In this document: positions 1-10,300 of the stretch, in pieces | How the letters are laid out: each line of letters starts with the position of its first letter | How positions within the stretch are numbered: the stretch's first letter is position 1 | DNA from: Candidatus Thorarchaeota archaeon | GTDB taxonomy: Archaea; Asgardarchaeota; Thorarchaeia; Thorarchaeales; Thorarchaeaceae | DNA length: 64,000 nucleotides | Direction of reading: 5' to 3' | Assembly (NCBI GenBank): GCA_048882485.1 | Contig: JBHLRP010000006.1 | Span: 1 to 64,000, forward strand | Program-made: the position numbers and the translations under genes | Notes under the pieces: model-generated | Told to the model about the DNA's origin: nothing | Databases searched by the model: none | What the model saw: only the letters and a program-made list of their open reading frames with translations

Positions 1-55
1 GAGCCGCATTGATCTTCTCTACTTCTTCTTTCCAAATCTCCTCGAATCTGCTCAT
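1..55 (-). CDS. 5' fragment of a gene running off the left edge (MSRFEEIWKEEVEKINAA...)
   Basis: ATG at 55-53 preceded by purine-rich GAGAGGG; frame is open to the window edge and co-oriented with tldD/tldE. Confidence 0.5.
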   Translation of the reverse strand, partial: MSRFEEIWKEEVEKINAA

Positions 56-156
56 GTGGAACCCTCTCTTCAAGCGAGCTACATCCGATTTTGGGGCACC
101 CTCCTTTTTAGGATTTCCAAGTGCCGAGATTCACTTAGCATTTAGACGAAATGCGT

Positions 157-1518
157 CTATTGACCAACAATCTCTGTGCCTGATATTGCGATGGTGGGCA
201 TGACACGGTTGTTATGGACTTCCAAGTCTGAACCAAACACAACTTCGCTCTGGATAGATTCAAAGAGATTACCTACAAGTAGCGCATATTTGATCTTGGT
301 TGTCAGCTCTCCATTCTCAATAAGCTGTGCATTTCGGATTTCATTGGAAAATGTTCCAGTAAGAGGCTCTACTTCAGGCCAAGCAAAGTGCTCAATGTAG
401 ACACCACGCTTCACCTCATCAATTATGTCATACACGCTCTTTGCACCAGCTGGTACTTCAAGCGTTGTTGACCTGCACCGAACAGGGCTAGAAAACGAGC
501 CATGTGCGTCGCGAGAATCTCGTCTTATACCGTTTCCAGTCGATTTCAAATCAACTTGTGCTGCATTGTAGCTGTCATATAGGTATGATTTCAGTACACC
601 TTTCTCAATAATGGATGTCTTCTGCATTGGGGTCCCTTCATCATCGACCAGGGCACTCAACAGACCTTTCTCAGAGAGACCATTATCAACAACTGTCACG
701 CTTTCGTGCGCAACTGACTCACCCATTTTGTCACTCCATGGGCTTGATCGATTGTTTACATTCTCAGCTGATACGGCATATCCAATCATGCTTCCAAGCA
801 TCTCGCTGCCCTCGCTGGGAGCCAGCACTGCCACAGCATCTTTCCAGTTCTCTTTGAACCCTTCAGATTGGATCACGTCCAGGGCTTGATGCTTCAGCTT
901 TGCCCCAATTTTTGCAAAATCTATGTCATCAAGAGCCCGAGACCAACATCGCTGCACACCTTCACCAACCGAGCCAGATTCTTCAGCCTTTGCTGTGAAA
1001 TAGCCAAAGACCATTGTAGACTTAGATTCTGCATCTGCACCAAGAGAGTTCGTGATTCGGAAATCACTAGAACTCGTTCTGAGAACTCCATTTGGAACAC
1101 TCACACGATCCCCAACTGCTGATGAAACAAGTGTCATTGTCTTCTCAAGCAAGACATCACTATCTGCATCTCCAGTAAATCGGTCATAGAATTGGTCAGC
1201 TGAGCCGCTAGGATTTTTAGGATCAGGTAGTGAAACGAACTTTTCATCTTCTGCAGAAACCTTTGCCATAGACCCCGCACGCGTGACTACATCTTCAATA
1301 GACTCAGACAGAAGAGTGGAACTTGTGAAGCCAATTCTCTTGCCTATGATGAACTTGAGTCCGACTCCTACCTCCTCCTTCACATCTGCAATCTTTGGGA
1401 TATTGTCATCAATGTAGATGCTGGAGGTCTTAGCCAGGACCGCATATGCCTCAGCTTGTGTTGCACCAGCACTCTCCGACTTAGTCACTAATACTCTAGC
1501 AATCTCACTCAGATTCAT
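157..1518 (-). CDS. tldE: TldE/PmbA family protein
   Basis: DDEGTP and GNG motifs, TGTFS, no HExxGH; directly follows tldD; likely start MNLSEI at 1518 after GAGGTGGGTGA. Confidence 0.88.
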   Translation of the reverse strand: MNLSEIARVLVTKSESAGATQAEAYAVLAKTSSIYIDDNIPKIADVKEEVGVGLKFIIGKRIGFTSSTLLSESIEDVVTRAGSMAKVSAEDEKFVSLPDPKNPSGSADQFYDRFTGDADSDVLLEKTMTLVSSAVGDRVSVPNGVLRTSSSDFRITNSLGADAESKSTMVFGYFTAKAEESGSVGEGVQRCWSRALDDIDFAKIGAKLKHQALDVIQSEGFKENWKDAVAVLAPSEGSEMLGSMIGYAVSAENVNNRSSPWSDKMGESVAHESVTVVDNGLSEKGLLSALVDDEGTPMQKTSIIEKGVLKSYLYDSYNAAQVDLKSTGNGIRRDSRDAHGSFSSPVRCRSTTLEVPAGAKSVYDIIDEVKRGVYIEHFAWPEVEPLTGTFSNEIRNAQLIENGELTTKIKYALLVGNLFESIQSEVVFGSDLEVHNNRVMPTIAISGTEIVGQ

Positions 1519-1519
1519 T

Positions 1520-2908
1520 TCACCCACCTCCAACAATGAGCTCGGCGCGCATGTGAGGACCACCACTAGTCACATTAACCCAGTCCTCTTCACCTTTGCC
1601 GCATGTTCCTCCAGAGAAGTGAATGTCTTTGCTTACTGCATCAACAGTTGCTAAGATGTCCAGCACCTTTCCAGTCAAGGCATTGCTTCTCACAAGCTGC
1701 TGTTTCTCTCCATTCTTGATGACATAACCCTTCAGACAGCTCACCTGAACTCCACCACCAACCACATCCTCCATGCCGCTGATAGGCTTCAGAATGTATA
1801 GACCATCCTTGGTGTCTGAAATCATTTCATCTATGGACCACTCCCCGGATCCAAAGAATGTGTTACTCATTCGAGCGAAGACTCTGCGGTTATAATCCTG
1901 AGCGCGTCCATTCCCTGTCGGCTCTACTCCCATCAAAGCCGCGGTCTCCAAGGTATGCATGTAGCCACGGAAAATCCCATCTTTGATGATGAAGGTCTTC
2001 CCAGCAGGTGTACCCTCAGAGTCATAGGGGAAGGACCCCATTTTGCCTTCAAGTGTTCCATCATCAACCATTGTGACCAAATCTGACCCGACTCTCTTTC
2101 CAACCAAGCCTGTTAGAAATGAGCGTTCTTTGACAACCTCATCAGCTTCACTTCCATGACCACATACCTCATGAGCAATAGTTCCAGCTGTGTCACCATC
2201 CATTATGATGGTCATCTTTCCTGAAGGCGGCTTCTCCGCTTTCAGTAAGTCCAAAGCACCTTTCGCGATTTTCTCGGTGAATTCGTTTGCGTCTACTCTC
2301 CTAATCAACTCGTATCCAGTCTGACCGCCAACTACATCATAGTCGTAATGCATCCTGTCACCCTCTCGTGCCACGGGATATGCAAAGGCTCGAATTCTGA
2401 GTTCATCCCACTCAAGTCTAGCCCCTTCTGTATTGACTAGTCTAAAGACTAATTTCCCGTCTTGGTAGCTTGTGTTGGTATTGATAATTCGGTCATCAAT
2501 CTTCAGACCTTTGTCAACAGCCATCACAAACTCAATCTTCTCCTCTGTGGAAACGTACTGCGGGTCTTCTTTCACAGAGAGCCAAACGGTCTTTTGTTCT
2601 GAATTGACATTAGAAAGGTCAATGTCCTTCCGAGAGTACTTTGCGCTTGCCTTTGCCATCTTAGTTGCTTCAGATAGAAGTGTTTCAAGCCGCTCCTTAG
2701 TAGCCTTTTGCGTTGTTGACGCTTGTCCCCAAGTCTCACCAACTAGGACTCTGGCAACTGTGCCAGCTCTATTCGTACGATTGAAGCGCCTTAATGCACC
2801 GTTGATAACAGCAAGCATAGTACCTTCGCGAGATTCCTGGCGGATATCTGCGAATGTAACCTTCTTGTCAGAAATGCTTTCTGTAGCTTTGCTCATGAGG
2901 TCTAACAT
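1520..2908 (-). CDS. tldD: TldD family metalloprotease
   Basis: HEVCGHGSEAD (HExxGH), YDSEG, GNGRA, RMSNT and C-terminal GTCGK. Confidence 0.92.
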   Translation of the reverse strand: MLDLMSKATESISDKKVTFADIRQESREGTMLAVINGALRRFNRTNRAGTVARVLVGETWGQASTTQKATKERLETLLSEATKMAKASAKYSRKDIDLSNVNSEQKTVWLSVKEDPQYVSTEEKIEFVMAVDKGLKIDDRIINTNTSYQDGKLVFRLVNTEGARLEWDELRIRAFAYPVAREGDRMHYDYDVVGGQTGYELIRRVDANEFTEKIAKGALDLLKAEKPPSGKMTIIMDGDTAGTIAHEVCGHGSEADEVVKERSFLTGLVGKRVGSDLVTMVDDGTLEGKMGSFPYDSEGTPAGKTFIIKDGIFRGYMHTLETAALMGVEPTGNGRAQDYNRRVFARMSNTFFGSGEWSIDEMISDTKDGLYILKPISGMEDVVGGGVQVSCLKGYVIKNGEKQQLVRSNALTGKVLDILATVDAVSKDIHFSGGTCGKGEEDWVNVTSGGPHMRAELIVGGG

Positions 2909-2978
2909 AGGTGTTCACTTGGCAAGAAGCAAAGCACTGCTAAGATAAGGCTTTGGAGCAGGGCATGACCACGTTCAG

Positions 2979-3902
2979 TCAGATGTAAAGCGTCCCGGTC
3001 ATGACCAGAATGCCAGTCCCGCTCACCTTTACAAGCTCGATGCTTTCTCGATCTCCTTTGACTTCGACAAAGCTCTTACCAGGACGGCCAACGCTATGGC
3101 CCTGCTCTATGACAATACTTGCGACTCCAAGCGTGTCATCAACTATCCCATATCTAATCATGTAGCTAGCTACGCATGCAGCTGCTGCGCCACTCACCGC
3201 GTCTTCATTGACACCAAAAGAGGGAGCAAAATGCCTCACCTGCGCATCCGAAGTTTCGTCATGTGTATCCCTTGTGAAGACGCAAATAGAAGCAAAATCA
3301 GTGTCCTGCTGCAATTCTACTAGACGTCCCCAATCGCAGCTGATCCTCTTAAAAGCCTTCGACGTTGAGAGTGGAATAACAAGAATAGGAATGCCAGTTG
3401 AAACTGTTTGCATAGGGACTAGACGGTCAATATCCGCGAGTGTGAGTCCAAGTGCCTCGTTGAAATCATTCGGGTCGTATGTATCAAGAAACTGTGGTTT
3501 CTGATGAGTAATCTGCACCTCATGCAATCGTGTGGTCTCGTTTTTCACGATGTCAGCTTGCATTAGACCGGCCTTGGTTTCGAAACTCACCATTGTTTCA
3601 TCCCTATATATCTCCACTAGGCCTTCATGAATCAGGGCATGAAAAGCTGCTATTGTGGCATGTCCTGAGAAATCTATCTCTCCCCGCGGGGTCATGTATC
3701 TGAATCGATGGTCAGCAACTTTCGACTTGAGGACGAAGACAGTTTCTCGGACATTCATTTCTTGTGCTATCTTCTCCATGTCGCTATCATCCAGACTCTC
3801 TGGAGCTAGAATGACTGCTGCAGGATTCCCACCATAAGGCGTATCGGTGAAAACATCAACCTGCAGTAGCTTGAGCTCTCGCCTATGATTCATAATTAAC
3901 AT
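2979..3902 (-). CDS. PhzF family isomerase/epimerase
   Basis: QVDVFT..YGGNPAAV, ETVF, EIDFSGHAT, EDAVSGAA, EQG..GRP. Confidence 0.9.
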   Translation of the reverse strand: MLIMNHRRELKLLQVDVFTDTPYGGNPAAVILAPESLDDSDMEKIAQEMNVRETVFVLKSKVADHRFRYMTPRGEIDFSGHATIAAFHALIHEGLVEIYRDETMVSFETKAGLMQADIVKNETTRLHEVQITHQKPQFLDTYDPNDFNEALGLTLADIDRLVPMQTVSTGIPILVIPLSTSKAFKRISCDWGRLVELQQDTDFASICVFTRDTHDETSDAQVRHFAPSFGVNEDAVSGAAAACVASYMIRYGIVDDTLGVASIVIEQGHSVGRPGKSFVEVKGDRESIELVKVSGTGILVMTGTLYI

Positions 3903-3969
3903 CCGACATCGAGAAGGGCTGTCTGCTAATTAAGGATTTTATCTGGCATCATTTGAGTGAATGAGAATT

Positions 3970-4100
3970 AGGAGGTGGCGAGCACGCGGGAAATCGTGGT
4001 AGGAGGGGGGAGTTTCGTAATTGAGGGCATGTAACGAAAAACTAGCCCACATGCTCGCCTTGCGTATATTGTAGCGATGGACATGTCCCACACCCACCGC
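3970..4100 (-). ncRNA. candidate structured small RNA A
   Basis: TATA-like TTTAATAA at 4133-4126; hairpin GCGGUGG/CCAUCGC; 14-bp helix GGCGAGCAUGUGGG/CCCGCGUGCUCGCC whose G-U pairs form only on the minus strand; no credible ORF. Confidence 0.5.
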
Positions 4101-4311
4101 GTTCAAGGCCTAGTGCTTAGCTAACTTATTAAAGTTATGGCATGCGGATAGAGCATCTTGTTAAGTATTCTTAAAGTCCCTTCTGAAGTTGGTTTTCTGG
4201 ACCTCTGCAAAGCGCGCCTTTGCTGCATTTTCAAGGGGGCGGAGCTGAGAAATAGAAACATTCTCTAAGTTTCAGCACTGTCCAAATTTCTTTCTTAAAG
4301 TAAAAGCAGAG

Positions 4312-4340
4312 AGGGATGAGGAGCAGAGCCCCTTCATCCC
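4312..4340 (-). terminator. hairpin directly after the tes stop codon, followed by a pyrimidine/U-rich tract
   Basis: GGGAUGA...UCAUCCC stem then UCUCUGCUUUUACUUU. Confidence 0.4.
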
Positions 4341-4350
4341 AGCTGGAGTA

Positions 4351-5994
4351 CTATCCCTTGTAGGGCTTTGAGATACTATCTTCTTCAACCTGACTGGGCT
4401 TGTGTCTGCCCCTCCACTGATCCAATGGCTGAGCGAACTTGTCTTCCAGTCTTGACCTGTGGATGGTGTTCATGGTGCAGAACGGAATAATCCGGCCATC
4501 AGGTGCTGCGTAGTTGACATCGCAGTGTTGGACACGTTCCAGATCCAGATTGTAGGGGTCCTGGAAGTGCATCAGGCCAACCATGATTATTCTTCGCATG
4601 AACTTCGCCAATGACTCGTAGTCGCCTCGATTGAGGAAAGCTGAAAGAAGGTCCTTGATTATTCCCTTTCTCTTAATGTGCCTGGCACCAGCGGCAAGCT
4701 TTGCCTTTGCGCGTGCACTAGCACCAGTCTTTTGCTGTGCAAAGAGGTTGGAAATGTCCTCAAGTAGAACCAGGAACTTGGAAACATCAATCAGGTTGGT
4801 AATTGGCTCGTAATCACCATCATCGTTAATGTAGATGAATGTGGACATCCCACACGCAAAGTGAGTGCTGAGCTCAAGCTGGGGAGTTCCTTTCATGAGA
4901 CCAAGTGCTCTACCTACAGGCATCATGGCTGGAACTGGATACCATGCGTCCGCTGGTATCTTTCCACCAGTCTGTTCCTCAATCAGATGAATGACATCAG
5001 GGATGGTGATCCTCATCTCGTTACGTGCTTCATGGTCAATGCGACCTGTGATGCTCACTGGCTGAAAGTTCACACAACGAATGACATCTCTGTTCTCAAC
5101 TGCATACTCGATGATACCGCCAACTTGGTCGTCATTTACACCTCTCACGACGGTTGGTACAAGAACGAGAGACTCCATCCCAATTTCTCGAGCATTCTGA
5201 ATGGCTTGCTTCTTGACAGGCAGCAAGTTTGAACCACGTGCTTCGATGTAGGGATCAGGCGTGATGCCGTCGAACTGCATATACACAGTGGACAGTCCTG
5301 CGTCTCTAAGTTCCTGGAAATACTCCTTGCTCTTTCCAATCCTGATAGCATTGCTCGCAATCTGGACATGTCTAAAGCCCAGCTCCTTCGCCCATCTTAT
5401 GTACTGAGGCAGATGCTTGCTGACTGTGGGCTCACCGCCTGCGAACTGAAGAGCAGGTGCGGGAACTGGCTCATTGCTCCTGAGATTCTTCATCATATCG
5501 AAGACTTCCTCAGGTGTAGGCTCATAGACTGTTCCGCCTTCTGCAGCTACAGCGAAGCAGATTGGACATCTGAGATTGCATCTATTCGTGACGTCCAGAA
5601 GAGCCAGTGCAGTGTGTGATTTGTGATCGGGACATTGCCCGCAGTCCTCTGGACATCCCTTTACTGTTTCAGTTCTGGGATTGTCTAGACCCACTGACTT
5701 GTACCACCATTTCGACGCCTCTCTAAACATCTTGGCGTCGCCCCAATAAACGTCAATAAACTCGCCATGCTCATCACAGGTCTTCTTGTACATGACCTTC
5801 CCATCTTCCTCATAGAGCGTGGCATCTATTACCTTAACATCATCATTTGTCAAGAAGCACTCAGGACAGATCGATTGTGTCTTGTAGGGAAGCTGCCTCT
5901 CAGGATACTTCTCTACCTGAAACCTAGCATAACCGCCAGAATCCTCATGAGTGACGGGTTCCTCTGGAACCGGCTTGACTTCATCAGTTGCCAT
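4351..5994 (-). CDS. tes: tetraether lipid synthase (GDGT-MAS/Tes), radical SAM enzyme
   Basis: N-terminal SICPEC..KTCDEHG, GCPEDCGQCPDH, radical SAM CNLRCPIC, QFAGGEPT, MHFQDPYN..RVQHC and IIPFC. Confidence 0.9.
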   Translation of the reverse strand: MATDEVKPVPEEPVTHEDSGGYARFQVEKYPERQLPYKTQSICPECFLTNDDVKVIDATLYEEDGKVMYKKTCDEHGEFIDVYWGDAKMFREASKWWYKSVGLDNPRTETVKGCPEDCGQCPDHKSHTALALLDVTNRCNLRCPICFAVAAEGGTVYEPTPEEVFDMMKNLRSNEPVPAPALQFAGGEPTVSKHLPQYIRWAKELGFRHVQIASNAIRIGKSKEYFQELRDAGLSTVYMQFDGITPDPYIEARGSNLLPVKKQAIQNAREIGMESLVLVPTVVRGVNDDQVGGIIEYAVENRDVIRCVNFQPVSITGRIDHEARNEMRITIPDVIHLIEEQTGGKIPADAWYPVPAMMPVGRALGLMKGTPQLELSTHFACGMSTFIYINDDGDYEPITNLIDVSKFLVLLEDISNLFAQQKTGASARAKAKLAAGARHIKRKGIIKDLLSAFLNRGDYESLAKFMRRIIMVGLMHFQDPYNLDLERVQHCDVNYAAPDGRIIPFCTMNTIHRSRLEDKFAQPLDQWRGRHKPSQVEEDSISKPYKG

Positions 5995-6119
5995 AAATCA
6001 TTCCACTCCATAATCACTATACGGAACCACCACTGAACAGGGTGGTATTCTGAAGCGGGGTGCGAGGTTTTTCCAATATAACCTTTGTCCGAAACTTCCG
6101 AGTATGAAAAGGGGCATGT

Positions 6120-6431
6120 TCAATCTTGCATCTCGAGGACAAATCCTTTCTCAAACCCACCCCTTTCAAGGCGTTTCTTCAAGCGTGCCTCCTCTATTGT
6201 TGCACGGTTCATTGCTCGATGCTCTATTAGAGCGTCTAATGCTTCGAGAACATCTGCTATCTCCTCATCCTCCCCAGAGATTAGCAGTTCTTGAGCTTCC
6301 TCTGCTACTTTGCGCCTGATCAGCTTGTCAAGTTCAGTTCCAGTAGCAATCCGAATTTGTGGATCTCCACCCTTTTGCCTAATGATCTCAGGAATCCTGT
6401 CACGAACTAGCTTCTCTGGCAACATTGTCAC
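6120..6431 (-). CDS. MazG-like/PRA-PH nucleoside triphosphate pyrophosphohydrolase
   Basis: KLVRDRIPEII, EEAQE, EEIADVLE, KRLERGGF. Confidence 0.88.
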   Translation of the reverse strand: MTMLPEKLVRDRIPEIIRQKGGDPQIRIATGTELDKLIRRKVAEEAQELLISGEDEEIADVLEALDALIEHRAMNRATIEEARLKKRLERGGFEKGFVLEMQD

Positions 6432-6443
6432 CTAATACATTGT

Positions 6444-7112
6444 TCAAAGGACAAGTGCAACTTCAATTTGATGGCGAGCTACATCCAAAAATGCATCAAT
6501 TGCGTGACGCAAGTCTTCTGGAATCTCTGAGGTCCATGGCTCCTCAGCGTCTCGTGCATTGGACTCGATCATAGCAGTGAAGGCGAGATACTTTGGAGTG
6601 AGCGCTTTGTCAAAAGAAACTGTGCCTATCCACTGTCCATTGTAGATGACTTCGTATGTTGGCTGGTATTTCTTTAATGAATCAGGAACAATTGCATTCC
6701 AAAAGAAGGACGTCCCATTAAATTGTCCAGGCTTCCCAAGTGCGATGTTGTAGGTGTCCATTGTAGCCTTCGCAGATGCCAAATCGTAGAGAATCCCGAT
6801 ATGGCAGTTCAAGCATTGATTGAACTCGAGACCATCGCCGTTCGGCTTCACATATGCAATGCCATTCTTCTCAATGTTGCCATCATTGCAGTGAACACAC
6901 AAGTCCATTCCCCAACGAACTTCGAGATGATCTGCGAAGGGTCCTTGGAGGAATCTGCCTCTGGCTTCTTCAAAAGCCGTTCGAACGGCATCCTCACCTT
7001 CAGTGTCCATCTTGTTTCTAATAGCGCTCCAGACTTCAAGAAGGTCTTGCCAAAGGACATTCAGTATCATATCTGCTAGCTTATCTAATGGCCTGTCCTC
7101 AAGAGAACTCAT
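6444..7112 (-). CDS. hypothetical protein with two CxxC pairs (possible Zn ribbon)
   Basis: 222-aa ORF with SD-like GAGGA; CVHC and CLNC. Confidence 0.7.
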   Translation of the reverse strand: MSSLEDRPLDKLADMILNVLWQDLLEVWSAIRNKMDTEGEDAVRTAFEEARGRFLQGPFADHLEVRWGMDLCVHCNDGNIEKNGIAYVKPNGDGLEFNQCLNCHIGILYDLASAKATMDTYNIALGKPGQFNGTSFFWNAIVPDSLKKYQPTYEVIYNGQWIGTVSFDKALTPKYLAFTAMIESNARDAEEPWTSEIPEDLRHAIDAFLDVARHQIEVALVL

Positions 7113-7252
7113 TTCCTCAGGTCACCTTCAAGTTCTTGATTACAAAGATTCTTCCTTCGCAAGTGACAATTAAGTCTTGGTTGTTTCAAGGGCACAATAT
7201 GAAAGGTCAAGTATGCTTAGCCTAAGCTTTTTAACGGGGTCGGTTGCAGGGA

Positions 7253-7359
7253 GGAGTACTAAAGGTGGACAAGGATGGATTGCCAAATTCACTAGCACAT
7301 GTGAAACTCAACGTAGTCCATTCTTTGATTGCGAACCTGTTCGGCTTTTGGAGTGCTCT
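7253..7359 (+). promoter_or_regulatory. structured 5' leader of ileS
   Basis: TATA TTTTTAA at 7228-7234; helices GGAGUACU/AGUGCUCU and AGGAUGGAUUGC/GUAGUCCAUUCU. Confidence 0.45.
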
Positions 7360-7397
7360 AGCTGCATGGATTATCAGAACCAGAGTCGGTGATATAG

Positions 7398-10300
7398 ATG
7401 TTCAAACCAGTATCCAGCCAAGTTGATTTCGTTGCTCAGGAGAAGGAGATGCTCAAGTTTTGGGAAGCCCAGCAAATCTTTGAGAAGCTGAGGAAATTGA
7501 GGGCGAAAGGCTCGATATGGTCGTTTATTGACGGTCCTATCACCGCAAATAATCCTATGGGCGTTCATCATGGATGGGGACGGACATACAAGGACCTATA
7601 CCATCGATTCAAGGCAATGCAGGGGCATCATACACGATATCAGAATGGCTTTGATTGCCAGGGACTCTGGGTCGAGGTCAACGTTGAGCGAGATATGGGA
7701 TTCAAGGGAAAGCAAGACATAGAGGATTTTGGGCTTGAGAAGTTCATCATAATGTGCAAACAACGAGTCTTGAAATATGCTGCAGTGATGACGGAACAAA
7801 GCAAACGTCTAGGCTTTTGGATGGACTGGGATAATCTAGAGACTCTCAAGACACTCCATGATGCACTTGATGATGATCCGCTAGCAGTCATGACACTCCA
7901 AGGTGTTGATGGTCCCGTAACGGGGACAGTCGAGCAGCTAGTAGGAAGGCTTGGAATGCCTGAGCTCGGTGGTTCATACTACACGTTTTCCGAAGAAAAT
8001 AACTATACTATTTGGACTGTTTTGAAGTCATGTCATGATAGAGGATGGATATACAAGGGCAGAGATGTAATGCCTTGGTGTGCCAGGTGCGGAACAGCAA
8101 TCAGCCAACATGAGATAGTCACTGAAGGCTATCGTGAGCTGACACACCCCAGTATAACGCTGAGATTCCCCTTGGTTGATCGACCCCGTGAGAGTCTTCT
8201 GATATGGACAACGACTCCTTGGACTCTGAGCAGCAATGTGGCTGCTGCAGTGGGTCCTGAGCTGACCTATGTTAAGGTACGTCAGGGCAAGGAAGTATTC
8301 TACTTGAGTCGAGGGACCCTGCACATGCTGAAGGGCGACTACGAAGTCGAGGAGGAGCTACTTGGCTTTGACATAGAGGGATGGACATATCATGGTCCAT
8401 TTGACGAGCTTCCGGCTCAGAAGGAGAGTGGAGTTTCAGGAAAGCACAAAGTGATACTCTGGGATGAAGTGGGAGAAGAGGAAGGAACGGGTATAGTGCA
8501 CATAGCACCTGGATGCGGAGCTGAGGACTTCCAACTCTCCAAGGAGTTTGATCTTGTCGCAATAGCGCCTCTTACAGAAAATGGTATCTTCATCGAAGGG
8601 TTTGACTGGTTGTCTGGGATGAATGTCAAAGAGGTCGCCCAACCAATCTTCGACAATTTGACTGAAAAGGGATTGACCTACAAGGTTGAGGACTATACGC
8701 ATCGATACCCTGTGTGCTGGCGTTGCCAGGAAGAATTGGTCTTTCGTCTCGTTGATGAGTGGTTCATCTCGATGGGGACCAAACTTGACGTACCCTATGA
8801 AGAGGTCACGGAAGAGCAGAAAGATGAGAATCTCCGATACCAGATAATGGAGGTAGTTACTGAGGAAACCAACTGGTATCCTTCCTTTGGCAAGGAGAGG
8901 GAGTTGGATTGGCTGCGGAACATGGATGACTGGATGATCTCCAAGAAGCGATATTGGGGTCTTGCATTGCCCATATGGGAATGTACGAGTTGCAGTCATT
9001 TCGAGGTGGTAGGGAGTAGAGAAGAACTACAAGAACGAGCTGTGGTTGGATGGGATGCCTTCGAAGGTCACTCACCTCACAGACCATTCATCGATGAGAT
9101 CGAGATAGAATGTAGCGAATGCGGCGAGAGAATGAAGCGAATACCAGACGTGGGTAATCCCTGGCTGGATGCGGGAATAGTTGCAATGAGTACAATGAGG
9201 TACAACTCAGATAGGAAGTACTGGAACAAGTGGTTCCCTGCAGATCTCATCAGCGAGAGTTTTCCAGGTCAATTCAGAAACTGGTTCTACAGTCTCCTCG
9301 CAATGAGCACTATACTCGAGCGTAAAGCACCTTTCAGGAATGTCTTCACCTATGCCCTCTTGACAGCTGATGATGGAAGAGAGATGCACAAGTCATGGGG
9401 GAACATGATAGAATTCAATGAGGCTGCTGATTCAATGGGAGTGGACGTTATGCGTTGGCTATATTGTTTACATAAGCCTGAGAAGGACCTTGCCTTTGGG
9501 TATGCTCGTGGTGACGAAGTACGGAGGCATTTTCTCATACCGCTCTGGAATGTCTATTCTTTCTTTGTCACGTATGCCCTCATTGACGGTTGGATTCCCG
9601 AGAAGGACTTGAAGACAGCGCCCAGCTTGCTAGACCGGTGGATACTCTCCCGTATGAACGAGGTTACTCGAGAAGTCACTGCGTACTTGGAGTCATACGA
9701 ACCCAACATGGCGGCTGCTGTTGTCGATCGATTCATAGATCATCTGAGTAACTGGTATCTCCGACGAAGTCGTCGTCGTTTCTGGGTAGAAGCCGGATCG
9801 AGCGATGAGGAAGATGCTGACAAGAATGCGGCTTATGACACATTATATCAAGTCTTAGTCAAACTCTCTCGATTGCTAGCACCATTTGTACCGTTCGTGT
9901 CTGAAGTCATGCATCAGAATTTAGTCCGTAATGTGGATTCGGATGCGCCGGAAAGCGTTCATCATTGCGAATGGCCAGTCAGTGATTCCGTTGATGAGGC
10001 CCTAAACAGCGAGATGGCGCTGGTACTCAGATTGGTTTCATTGGGTCATGCAGCAAGAAATAAGGCAAACCGTAAGCTACGTCAACCATTGTCTGAAATC
10101 GCTTTCGCTGTTGGATTGGACAAGGAACGAGATGTCGTGACGCGCTATGCAGAGTTAATCGGCAATGAATTGAATGTTAAGAATGTTCGATTGCTGGATG
10201 TCACTGCAGAGGTAGTAAGCTACCAGCTCAAGCCTCTCCCCAAGCAACTAGGTCAAAAGTACGGCTCTCAGTTCCCTGCTCTTAGAAATGCAATACTGAG

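Noticed and set aside
4312-4345. SECIS after tes (contains AUGAA)
   Set aside because: Simple Watson-Crick hairpin without the GA/AG core or apical AA, and tes has no in-frame UGA
7253-7397. Canonical T-box riboswitch before ileS
   Set aside because: No UGGNACC T-box bulge, AG bulge or antiterminator/antisequestrator could be identified
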